Shown here: positions 1 to 7,755 of the stretch, piece after piece
How positions within the stretch are numbered: the first letter of the stretch is position 1
Layout: every line of letters starts with the position of its first letter
From: an uncultured Spirochaetaceae bacterium
GTDB taxonomy: Bacteria > Spirochaetota > Spirochaetia > DSM-27196 > SLST01
NCBI GenBank assembly: GCA_964625715.1
Contig: CAZVEF010000019.1
Coordinates: forward strand, 1 to 27,517
Length of the DNA: 27,517 nucleotides
Direction: 5' to 3'
Notes under the pieces: model-generated
Seen by the model: the letters and a program-made list of their open reading frames with translations, nothing else
What the model was told of the DNA's origin: nothing
Databases searched by the model: none
Translations under genes and position numbers: made by a program

Positions 1-817
1 CGTCCACACCGGCGTCCAGTACCCGGCGCATCGCGTCGGCTTCGTTGACCGTCCACACCTGCACGTTGAGCCCACGGCGGTGCGCGGCGCGCACGAAGCG
101 CGGCGTGATCACGCGCAGATTTCCGGAGACCTCGGGCACCTGGAACGCCTCCATGGGCGGCGGGTACAGCCAGCCCGCGAATACCGTCTTCATCACGTAG
201 AAGGCTCGGATCTCCGGTTCCACTCCCGAGGTCGCAAAGGCCGGGAATTTCCGGCGGAACTCGCGCATCACCTCCGGATGGAAACTCGCGACGATGGTGT
301 TCTGCTCGCGGTCGTAACGTTGCAGGAGCTCGCCGAACTCGTCGACAATGGGCGGGTCGGCCTGCTTGATCTCGATCGTCATCGGTACGTCGGGGAAGCG
401 TCGCAACACCTCTTCGAGCGACGGGATCTGAACGCCCTGCCCGCGGTAGGGGTGCTCGGCCGAGTCCTCGTGATGCGGCCAGTTGTACGCCGCGTCGAGG
501 TCGCGCAGCTGAGAGAAGGTCATCTCCTTTACCAGGCCGCTCCCGTTCGTCGTGCGATCCACCGCATCGTCGTGGATCACGACGGGCACGCCGTCGGAGG
601 TAGCGTGGACGTCCATCTCCAGAGCGTCCACACCGAGCTCGACCGCATGCTCGAAGGCGAGCATGGTGTTATCAGGACGGAGGTGGTTGCCGCCCTGGTG
701 AGCGATGACCTGCCAGCGATGGGCGGTCACCGCCTGCTTCTGGCCGGCCTTGGGGATGACGAGTCCGGCGATCCCGTAGAGCGCGGCCAGTGCGCCGACG
801 ACGATGAGCACGATCAT
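1..817 (-). CDS. glycerophosphodiester phosphodiesterase (GDPD family), 5' complete, 3' end runs off the window
   Basis: Minus-strand translation reads MIVLIVVGALAALYGIAGLVIPKAGQKQAVTAHRWQVIAHQGGNHLRPDNTMLAFEHAVELGVDALEMDVHATSDGVPVVIHDD..., the conserved GDPD N-terminal block (HRG/E-D-H). ATG at 817..815 is preceded by GAGGAGG. An N-terminal hydrophobic segment suggests a membrane-anchored or secreted enzyme. The ORF is open to position 1. Confidence 0.8.
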   Translation of the reverse strand, partial: MIVLIVVGALAALYGIAGLVIPKAGQKQAVTAHRWQVIAHQGGNHLRPDNTMLAFEHAVELGVDALEMDVHATSDGVPVVIHDDAVDRTTNGSGLVKEMTFSQLRDLDAAYNWPHHEDSAEHPYRGQGVQIPSLEEVLRRFPDVPMTIEIKQADPPIVDEFGELLQRYDREQNTIVASFHPEVMREFRRKFPAFATSGVEPEIRAFYVMKTVFAGWLYPPPMEAFQVPEVSGNLRVITPRFVRAAHRRGLNVQVWTVNEADAMRRVLDAGVD

Positions 818-831
818 GACGCGACGCCTCC

Positions 832-1779
832 TCACAGCGTTTCCTCCGACGCTTCCTCGGACGGGTAGGGACCGGACCGGGCGGCGCTCGCGGCGGAATC
901 GTGCGAGCCAGGGCCAACCACAGCCCTTCGTTTCTTCCGGTCGGAGCCGAGGAAGTAGGCGAGGAGGAAGCCGCCGACGATCGCGAGCAACGACGTGATC
1001 GCGCCCCCGGCTCCCGCGTCGCCGAGCCACAATCCCACGTCGGCCTGGGTCCAGATGACGGGGACCGATCCCAGCACGAGCCCGATGATCCCCCAGTAGG
1101 TCACGCCGTGAAACCTCAGAAGCAGGAAGTGGATGAGCTTGCTCACCGCGACGATCCCGACGAGGAAGCCCGGAACGAGGACGGCGAGCACGCCCACGTT
1201 CAGTGTGCTCGCCGCTTCGATGAAGGTCGAGTACATGCCGATGAGCAGCAGCACGAAGCTGCCCGATACCCCCGGGATGATCATCGTGGCCGAGCTCACC
1301 ACGCCGGCGAGGAAGACGAGCATCACGTTCGCCAGCGTTATCTGGAGTATCGGTTCGCTCGAGGGGGGTCGGCCCACGGCGGCCATCGCGACGAGGACAC
1401 CAAACGAGATCACGAAGGGCACGAGGTACCAGCCTCGGAAGCGTTCGCGGAGCGTGACCTTCGTCAGAAACGGCACGCTGCCAAGAATCAGCCCCATGAA
1501 GAAGAACGCCGTCTGAGCAGGATGCCCCTCCATGAAGAACTCGACGATCCGGGCGAACAGCACGATCCCCGCGGCGACTCCCACGATGATCGGCGCGAGG
1601 AAGGCGAGGTTCTTCCTCCATCCGGTGCGGACGAATCCGCTTACGGCCGCGATGATGTCGTCGTACAGACGGGTGACAACGGCGATGGTTCCGCCGCTTA
1701 CGCCGGGAATCGTATTCGCCGCCCCGATCAGGCTCCCCTTCAGGGCGTTGAGCGCCGCACGCCCGATGGTCTGGTTCAT
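832..1779 (-). CDS. DUF368-family polytopic membrane protein (family recently linked to undecaprenyl-phosphate translocation)
   Basis: The ORF-track protein carries a repeated GVSGGT / PGVSGSF motif in a multi-TM context, typical of DUF368. I place the start at MNQTIGRAAL (ATG 1779..1777), preceded by GGAGGGAAGG, rather than at the upstream M at 1992, whose leader is low-complexity PRP-rich and codon-poor. The stop lies 15 nt before the GDPD start, so the two are likely co-transcribed. Confidence 0.75.
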   Translation of the reverse strand: MNQTIGRAALNALKGSLIGAANTIPGVSGGTIAVVTRLYDDIIAAVSGFVRTGWRKNLAFLAPIIVGVAAGIVLFARIVEFFMEGHPAQTAFFFMGLILGSVPFLTKVTLRERFRGWYLVPFVISFGVLVAMAAVGRPPSSEPILQITLANVMLVFLAGVVSSATMIIPGVSGSFVLLLIGMYSTFIEAASTLNVGVLAVLVPGFLVGIVAVSKLIHFLLLRFHGVTYWGIIGLVLGSVPVIWTQADVGLWLGDAGAGGAITSLLAIVGGFLLAYFLGSDRKKRRAVVGPGSHDSAASAARSGPYPSEEASEETL

Positions 1780-1834
1780 CCTTCCCTCCGAGCAAGAATA
1801 TAGACGATGCCGCGAGGCGGGTAAACCGAATCCG

Positions 1835-1911
1835 GCGGGCGAAGGCGGGCGGGGGAGGGCGGGCGAAGGTGGGCGAGGGCGGGCGAGAGCGAGTGGGCGA
1901 GGGCGCTCGGG
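1835..1911. repeat. imperfect tandem repeat of a GGGCGA(G/A)GGC-like unit (about 10-11 bp), G-tract-rich on + strand and C-rich on - strand
   Basis: Direct reading of gcgggcgaaggcgggcgggggagggcgggcgaaggtgggcgagggcgggcgagagcgagtgggcgagggcg: six to seven degenerate copies with at least ten GGG runs. It lies in the 270-bp divergent intergenic region between the DUF368 gene (-) and the lipoprotein gene (+). Confidence 0.85.
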
Positions 1912-1979
1912 CGTCGAGCCGGGGCGATTCGACGAGTCGGGCGTCCGACCGACCGAAGTGAACTCCCGCACGGGAACAG

Positions 1980-2008
1980 TTGGCATTTGCACCCGGAGGC
2001 GCTACACT
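1980..2008 (+). promoter_or_regulatory. candidate sigma70-type promoter: TTGGCA-N17-TACACT
   Basis: TTGGCA at 1980-1985, an exact 17-nt spacer, TACACT at 2003-2008. It is followed by GGGAGG and a 10-codon mini-ORF (MASERRGTAE) whose stop overlaps the 2050 ATG as ATGA. This is a match to consensus only. Confidence 0.3.
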
Positions 2009-2049
2009 CGTAGGGAGGCGATGGCCTCGGAGCGTCGCGGGACCGCGGA

Positions 2050-3792
2050 ATGAGAGTGCAGAGAACGCTCGTCCTCGTGGCGGCTACGGCCCTGGTGCTG
2101 GCCGCGTGCGGCGACGAGCAGACTACAGTTCCCACGGCGGACGCTGACGCGGCCGCGATCCCCGAGCCGACGGCGCGCAACGCGTATATTACAGCCGTAT
2201 CGGGAGCGGTCCAGGTCGAGGGAACGGAGGGGCTGCAGGACGCCGAACCGGGCGGGCGGGTCGAGGACGGCCGGCTCCTGATCGTCTCCCAGCGATCACA
2301 GTCGGACGTGCAATTCGGCGAGAGCGCGCTCGTTCGCGTCTACGGGCCTGCGCAGGCGGTCGTTCGCACGCTCGCCGGACGGACAACGCGCCCGGTGATG
2401 GAGGTCGAACTGCAGTCCGGTTCGCTCTCAGCATCCGTCAACCCGCTCGGCGGTCATGACGTGTTTCGTGTCCGCTCGCGACGGGCCCTCTACACCGTGC
2501 GCGGCACTCGTTTCTACGTCGGTACCGACGATGAAGATGAGCTTGTGGTCGATGAGGGCGAGGTCACGGTGCTCCCCAGATCGCTCGACGTGCCGGCTCT
2601 GCTTGCATCGATCGACGAAGACAACGAAACGCTTCGCGAGGCGCTCCGGGATCTCGATCGTGCCGCGCCCACCTTCACCGCGGGCGAGCGCGCAGTCCTC
2701 GAGCCTGTCCCGCTTGAGCGAAGCGAGCGGCTTGCGCTTCAACTCGCCGACAAGATGCGCGTGCTCGAAGAGGCGCAGGAGAGCGATCGGGCGAGCCTCG
2801 TGGACGAACTGCTCGGGGTGATCCGTGCGACGTCTTCGTCGTTGCCCGGAATCGCGGTAGCAGGCCCCGTGCCGCAGGCCGAGGTGCAGGAGAAGCTCGC
2901 CGCGCTCGACGCGAGCCGGCTGCTTCCGGTGCCGAAGGATCCCCAGAACCTGTCGCTCATTGACGAGGAAGAGGCGTCGAACCTCGTCAAGTTCACCCTG
3001 CGGACCGTGCCGCAAAGCGCGCGCATTTTCATTGGCGGGACCTACGCGGGCGAGAGCGTCTACCGTGGCGTGCTGCGTGCGAATCAGAGCCTCTCGATCC
3101 GCGTCGCCAAGGAGGGCTATCGCGAGCGGCGGATCGAGATCGATCGGGCGAGGAGCGAGGTCGTGACCGTTCAACTCGAGCGGCTGCCGCCGTCGATCAG
3201 TACGGAGAGCTTCATCAAGGCGATCCGCGCGGATGACGTGGGGACGGTGCGCACCTACGTTCAGGAGGGGGGTGCGGTCGACGTACGGACCGATGACGGC
3301 ATTCCCGCGGTAGTCCTCGCGAGCGGGATCGTACCGGTGCTGAGCGGTCAGGCACCCGATCTCTCGTATCATCGCGAGATCCTTCGCCTGATCGTCACGG
3401 CGGGCGCCGACCTCGACTCCAACTTCGTCGTGGAGGGATCGACGTTCAAGCTTCTCCACGCTTCGGTACTCGCCGGAATGGCGGGCTTCGACGTGACGTC
3501 GCTCGTCGAGCTCCTCGTGGCAAACGACGCGAGCGTCGACTCGGTTATCGTGCTCGAGGGCGAGGAGCTGACGCCGCTCGCAGTTGCGGTGCGGTGGGCG
3601 CTGTTCACCGGCGAAACGCAGGAGGACGTCATCAAGATCCTGCTGCAGGGAGGCGCGAGCCTTGACGTTGCGATCAGCTTCAATGACGAGCTGCTCACCC
3701 TGCGCGAGATTGCCTCGCAGCTGCTCGAACAGGGCGAGCTGGAGGACCCGGAGCTCATCAGGCTCCTGCGACAGGCGGGCGTGGCGAGCTGA
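2050..3792 (+). CDS. multidomain lipoprotein with FecR-like N-terminal domain, PEGA-like domain and C-terminal ankyrin-like repeats
   Basis: Signal peptide with lipobox (LVLAAC). The block VRGTRFYVGTDDEDELVVDEGEVTV resembles the FecR sensor beta-domain. FIGGTYAGESVYRGVLRANQSLSIRVAKEGYRERRIE resembles PEGA. The C-terminus carries three or four ankyrin-like repeats (TPLAVAVR...EDVIKILLQGGASLDVA). Codon usage is GC3-rich. Confidence 0.7.
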   Translation: MRVQRTLVLVAATALVLAACGDEQTTVPTADADAAAIPEPTARNAYITAVSGAVQVEGTEGLQDAEPGGRVEDGRLLIVSQRSQSDVQFGESALVRVYGPAQAVVRTLAGRTTRPVMEVELQSGSLSASVNPLGGHDVFRVRSRRALYTVRGTRFYVGTDDEDELVVDEGEVTVLPRSLDVPALLASIDEDNETLREALRDLDRAAPTFTAGERAVLEPVPLERSERLALQLADKMRVLEEAQESDRASLVDELLGVIRATSSSLPGIAVAGPVPQAEVQEKLAALDASRLLPVPKDPQNLSLIDEEEASNLVKFTLRTVPQSARIFIGGTYAGESVYRGVLRANQSLSIRVAKEGYRERRIEIDRARSEVVTVQLERLPPSISTESFIKAIRADDVGTVRTYVQEGGAVDVRTDDGIPAVVLASGIVPVLSGQAPDLSYHREILRLIVTAGADLDSNFVVEGSTFKLLHASVLAGMAGFDVTSLVELLVANDASVDSVIVLEGEELTPLAVAVRWALFTGETQEDVIKILLQGGASLDVAISFNDELLTLREIASQLLEQGELEDPELIRLLRQAGVAS

Positions 3793-3858
3793 GGCCGGCC
3801 GGTCCGCCGGATGACCCGTGGTCGCGCCGGCGAACGGTGCCGCGCCAATCAATCGAGC

Positions 3859-4497
3859 CTACTCGACCCGCACCAGAACATCGGGATACCCGAGCCGCGC
3901 GAGCCGCGCGACGATTCGCTCGACATCCTCGGCGGGAACGCCGGCAACGATGACGCGGTAGAGCGAGCCTGCCTGCTCGATCTCCGCCTCGAGGCCGTTC
4001 GCGCGCAGACGGGTGACCTTGAGGTGCGCGTTGTCGGCACGGGCGAACGAGGCGACCTGGATGCGTCGCAGCGGCTGCTGCGGGACCGATACGATGGTCA
4101 GGCTGACCGGGGCGATCCCGTCTGCGGTCATGTCGATCGCCTCCGCAGCTGCACGCGAGAGGTCGATTATGCGTCCCTCGACAAAGGGGCCGCGGTCGTT
4201 GATGCGGACCTCGACGTCGAGCTCGTTCCTCACGTTGGTCACCACGACGACGGTCCCGAATGGCAGGGTCTTGTGCGCCGCGGTGAGCTCGTTCGTGTCG
4301 AAGACCTCCCCGCTCGCCGTGGTGCGCCCCTGGAACTCGCCGGCGTACCAGCTCGCGTACCCCTCGAGCTCATGGTTGTCGTCGCCGTGAGCCTGTCGCG
4401 TCCCCTCGGAGGTCGCCGCGACTGCTACTCCGACGATCAGCGCGAGTGCCCACGCGATCCTGAAGCTGTACCGCGCACCCGCTGCGTTGACTCTCAC
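3859..4497 (-). CDS. rlpA: septal ring lytic transglycosylase RlpA-like protein with C-terminal SPOR domain
   Basis: DPBB motif block ASWYAGEFQGRTTASGEVFDTNELTAAHKTLPFGTVVVVTNVRNELDVEVRINDRGPF. A C-terminal SPOR-like segment follows (RIQVASFARADNAHLKV...YRVIVAGVP). Signal peptide at the N-terminus. GTG start at 4497 is preceded by TAGGAG. Confidence 0.85.
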   Translation of the reverse strand: MRVNAAGARYSFRIAWALALIVGVAVAATSEGTRQAHGDDNHELEGYASWYAGEFQGRTTASGEVFDTNELTAAHKTLPFGTVVVVTNVRNELDVEVRINDRGPFVEGRIIDLSRAAAEAIDMTADGIAPVSLTIVSVPQQPLRRIQVASFARADNAHLKVTRLRANGLEAEIEQAGSLYRVIVAGVPAEDVERIVARLARLGYPDVLVRVE

Positions 4498-4598
4498 GCT
4501 ACTCCTATCGGCACCGCCCGTCGTTGCGCTGAGTCCTGCCGGCGTTCGCCGGCTGGACGTGACCGGAATGCGGTCCTATCTTGCTCCGAGGAGGTGCT

Positions 4599-5189
4599 AT
4601 GGTCCCGACGAGACAAGAGGCGTACGACCTGCTGACCGCCTATACGCAGAGCGAGAGCCTGGTTCGCCACGGGCTCGCGGTTGAGGCGGTGATGCGTCAT
4701 TTTGCGCGTAAGTACGGCGAGGACGAGGAGAAGTGGGGCATCATCGGACTGGTGCACGACCTGGACTGGGAGATGTACCCGGAGCAGCACTGCGCGAAGA
4801 CGCGTGAGATCCTGGAGGAGGCCGGCTGGCCGCAGGAGTATATCCGCAGCATCATGAGCCATGCCTGGGGCTTCGTCACCGACGTGAAGCCCGAGGAGCA
4901 GATGGAGAAGGTTCTCTACGCGACCGACGAGCTCACGGGGCTCGTCAACGCGACCGCGCTCATGCGCCCGTCGCGGAGCGTGCTCGACATGAAGGCGAAG
5001 AGCGTGAAGAAGAAGTGGAAGGACAAGAGCTTCGCCGCCGGTGTCGATCGCGAGGTCATTGCGCGCGGCGCGGAGATGCTCGGCATGGAGATCGAGGAGC
5101 TGATCACCGAGACGATCGAGGCGATGCGAACGGTCTCCGACGAGATCGGGCTGCGGGGTGAGGTGCCGGCGGGCGAGGGGAGCCCGTAG
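4599..5189 (+). CDS. HD-domain hydrolase (COG2316-like HD superfamily protein)
   Basis: HD motif with flanking His/Asp residues (GLVHDLDWEMYPEQH). ATG at 4599 is preceded by GAGGAGG at a 5-nt spacing. The ORF-track start at 4581 is a TTG and is less likely. Confidence 0.7.
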   Translation: MVPTRQEAYDLLTAYTQSESLVRHGLAVEAVMRHFARKYGEDEEKWGIIGLVHDLDWEMYPEQHCAKTREILEEAGWPQEYIRSIMSHAWGFVTDVKPEEQMEKVLYATDELTGLVNATALMRPSRSVLDMKAKSVKKKWKDKSFAAGVDREVIARGAEMLGMEIEELITETIEAMRTVSDEIGLRGEVPAGEGSP

Positions 5190-5212
5190 GGCTTCGGCGA
5201 GCCGGTGCGCCC

Positions 5213-5241
5213 TTGACGCGTCCGGCGTGCTTTCCTATCTT
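5213..5241 (+). promoter_or_regulatory. candidate promoter TTGACG-N17-TATCTT upstream of lysS, implying a leader of about 120 nt
   Basis: TTGACG at 5213-5218, a 17-nt spacer, TATCTT at 5236-5241, 24 nt downstream of the HD gene stop. The leader 5249-5369 contains a self-complementary CACCGGTG and a short GC stem followed by TTCTTT. Confidence 0.3.
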
Positions 5242-5369
5242 CACGGCTCGCGGCCGACATCGCTACCACTGCTGCCACAACGAGCTTTTCACCGGTGGCG
5301 TGTCGGTCGCCCCTTCTTTGCCCGACTGAGCCTAAACCTCGCCGGCGGCGTTTGATATACTGCACCCCT

Positions 5370-7019
5370 ATGGCAGCACACGATCGAGGCAGCGGAGCGC
5401 GACGGAGCGGACCGGCGGTCCATTGGGCAGACCAGATCGCCGACCGCATCATCGCCGAACGCGGACCGCTGGGCGAGGAGAAGGAGCGCTTCACCTGCGC
5501 CTCCGGGATCACGCCGAGCGGCACGGTCCACATTGGGAACTTCCGCGAGATCATCTCGGTCGACCTCGTCGCGCGCGCGCTCGCCGACGCCGGACAGGAG
5601 GTGCGCTTCATCTACTCGTGGGACGACTTCGACGTCTTTCGCAAGGTGCCGAAGAACATGCCCGGGCAGGAGATGCTGCACTCCTACCTGCGCCGGCCGA
5701 TCACCGACGTGCCCGACCCGTACGGCGAGCTCGAAAGCTACGCCGCGCGTAACGAGCACGACCTCGAGGATGTCCTCCCGGAGGTCGGGGTCTTCCCGGA
5801 GTACCTCTACCAGGCGCAGCGCTACCGCTCCGGCGAATACGCCCGGGGGATCAGAACGGCGCTCGAGCATCGGGAAACGATCCGTACGCTGCTCGACGAG
5901 CACCGAACCACGCCGCTTCCACACGACTGGTGGCCGGTGAGCGTCTTCTCGCGGTTCAGCCATAAGGACACGACGAAGGTCACCGGCTGGGACGGCGAAT
6001 GGGGCCTGACCTACCGGTGCGAAGAGACCGGCAACGAGGAGACGGTCGACCTTCGCGAGACCGATCTGGTCAAGCTGCCGTGGCGGATCGACTGGCCCAT
6101 GCGGTGGCGAGTTGAGCAGGTCGACTTCGAGCCGGCCGGCAAGGAGCATCACTCGGCCGGCGGCAGCTTCGATACAGCGAAGACGATCGCGAGCGAGGTC
6201 TACGGCTATCGTGCCCCGGTGACCTTCAAGTACGACTTCATCAGCATCAAGGGCCGCGGCGGCAAGATCAGCTCGTCGACCGGCGAGGTAATCGGCCTGC
6301 CCGAGGTGCTCGAGGTTTACGAACCGGAGATCGTACGCTACCTCTTCGCCGGAACGCGTCCGAACGCGGAGTTCGCGATCAGCTTCGACCTGGACGTCAT
6401 CAAAATCTACGAGGACTACGATCGGTGCGAGCGCATCTACTTCGGGCTCGAGCAGGTCTCCGAGAAGCGCGCGGCGAAGGAGCGTCGGACGTACGAGCTC
6501 AGCCAGCTGCCCTCGACACTCGAGAAGCTCACACGCGACCCCTCCACGCTCGTTCAGCTTCCGTTCCGTACGCTGTGCAACTACCTCATGATCACCGCCG
6601 GCGACGCGGACGCGGCGCTCGCCCGGTTCCCGGGCTTCGACCCGGTAGTCCACGCCGACCAGCTCGAACGGCTCGCTCGCCGTGCGCGCTGCGCGTGGAG
6701 CTGGATCACCTCCTACGCGCCCGAGGACTTTCGGTTCGAGCTCACGCACGGCGACGAGGATCTCGTTGCGCTCACCGACGACGAACGCGCGGCGGTGGTT
6801 GCGCTGCGCGAAGAGGTTCGCGAGCGACTGGCCGAACACGACGAGAAGAGCATGCAGGAACGCGTGTACGAGATCGCCGAAGAGGCAGAAGTCGACAAGA
6901 AGCGTTTCTTCGCGGTTATGTACCAGGTGTTGATCGGCAAGGAGCGCGGGCCGCGCCTGGGCGGTTTCCTGCTGGCGATCGGGAGGGATCGACTCCTGCA
7001 GATCCTCGAGCGCTACTGA
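5370..7019 (+). CDS. lysS: lysine--tRNA ligase, class I (archaeal/spirochaete-type LysRS)
   Basis: Class I HIGH-type motif (TVHIGNFRE) and KMSKS-type motif (GGKISSSTGE) in a protein of about 550 aa with class I LysRS architecture. I place the start at MAAHDRG (ATG 5370). The upstream 25 codons of the track ORF are Arg/Pro-rich and unlikely to be coding. Confidence 0.85.
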   Translation: MAAHDRGSGARRSGPAVHWADQIADRIIAERGPLGEEKERFTCASGITPSGTVHIGNFREIISVDLVARALADAGQEVRFIYSWDDFDVFRKVPKNMPGQEMLHSYLRRPITDVPDPYGELESYAARNEHDLEDVLPEVGVFPEYLYQAQRYRSGEYARGIRTALEHRETIRTLLDEHRTTPLPHDWWPVSVFSRFSHKDTTKVTGWDGEWGLTYRCEETGNEETVDLRETDLVKLPWRIDWPMRWRVEQVDFEPAGKEHHSAGGSFDTAKTIASEVYGYRAPVTFKYDFISIKGRGGKISSSTGEVIGLPEVLEVYEPEIVRYLFAGTRPNAEFAISFDLDVIKIYEDYDRCERIYFGLEQVSEKRAAKERRTYELSQLPSTLEKLTRDPSTLVQLPFRTLCNYLMITAGDADAALARFPGFDPVVHADQLERLARRARCAWSWITSYAPEDFRFELTHGDEDLVALTDDERAAVVALREEVRERLAEHDEKSMQERVYEIAEEAEVDKKRFFAVMYQVLIGKERGPRLGGFLLAIGRDRLLQILERY

Positions 7020-7047
7020 GCGGCGCCGGGCGGAAGGGCGAGGGCAG

Positions 7048-7752
7048 ATGAGCAGCGACGAGACCAAGCGCGCGGCCGGCTATGCGGCGGCCGACCGCTA
7101 CGTGAGCAGCAACATGAAGGTCGGCATGGGGACCGGTTCCACCGCCGTCTGGGCGATCCGTCGCATCGGCGAGCGGCTCGCCGACGGGTCGATCGACAAC
7201 GTCGTGGGCGTCGCGACGAGCTCGCAGGCGGAGCTCGAGTGCCACGGGCTCGGGATTCCCCTTCGGTCGATGAACGACCCGCAGATCGGCGGGCGTCTCG
7301 ACCTCGTCATCGACGGCGCGGACGAGGTCGATCCGGAACGCCGCCTCGTCAAAGGTGGGGGCGGCGCGTTGCTGGTGGAGAAGATCGTAGCCTACAACTC
7401 GGATCGCGTTGTGATCGTCGCCGACGAACGCAAGCTCGTCGAGCACCTGGGGGTCGACTTCCCCGTGCCGATCGAGGTGCTGCCCTTCGCGCGGGTCTCC
7501 GTGCTCGAGGCGCTGCGCGGGTTGGGCGGCGAGCCGGTCGTGCGCGTCGCCGAGCGCAAGATGGGCGCGGTGATCACCGACAACGGAAACCTCATCGTGG
7601 ACGTGGGCTTCTGCGAGCCGATCGATCCGGTCGCGATGGAGGCGGAGCTCGGGTTGATCCCGGGAGTGCTCGGCAACGGACTGTTCACGCGGATCGACCC
7701 GATCGTGGTCGTCGGCCGGGACGACGGTTCGGTCGCCGAGCTCGGCAGCTGA
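7048..7752 (+). CDS. rpiA: ribose-5-phosphate isomerase A
   Basis: RpiA signature blocks GMGTGSTA, DLVIDGADEVD and KGGGGALLVEK. ATG is preceded by GGAAGGGCGAGGG. It lies 28 nt after lysS. Confidence 0.9.
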   Translation: MSSDETKRAAGYAAADRYVSSNMKVGMGTGSTAVWAIRRIGERLADGSIDNVVGVATSSQAELECHGLGIPLRSMNDPQIGGRLDLVIDGADEVDPERRLVKGGGGALLVEKIVAYNSDRVVIVADERKLVEHLGVDFPVPIEVLPFARVSVLEALRGLGGEPVVRVAERKMGAVITDNGNLIVDVGFCEPIDPVAMEAELGLIPGVLGNGLFTRIDPIVVVGRDDGSVAELGS

Positions 7753-7755
7753 GCG

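Noticed and set aside
80-868. 262-aa + strand ORF at the window start
   Set aside because: The opposite strand encodes an unmistakable GDPD N-terminus with a GGAGG start context. The + strand product is His/Arg-rich with no domain.
1980-1995. TTGGCATTTGCA resembling a sigma54 -24/-12 element
   Set aside because: The GG-to-GC spacing is about 7 nt, not the canonical 10-12 nt. A sigma70-type reading fits better.
2428-3852. 474-aa minus-strand ORF antisense to the lipoprotein gene. The same pattern applies to 5289..7067(-), 13289..15463(+), 15603..17165(+), 21487..23682(-), 23649..25070(-), 19163..20179(-), 10405..11508(-), 7759..8688(+) and 12717..13478(+).
   Set aside because: These are typical long antisense ORFs of a GC-rich genome. 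Their translations are Arg/Ala/Pro-rich and low-complexity with no motifs. The opposite strand carries clear family signatures and GC3-biased codons.
5249-5369. Possible T-box riboswitch in the lysS leader (contains GGTGG)
   Set aside because: There is no match to the T-box consensus (AGGGTGGNACCGCG) and no specifier-loop or antiterminator architecture is evident. I kept it only as an unspecified structured leader.
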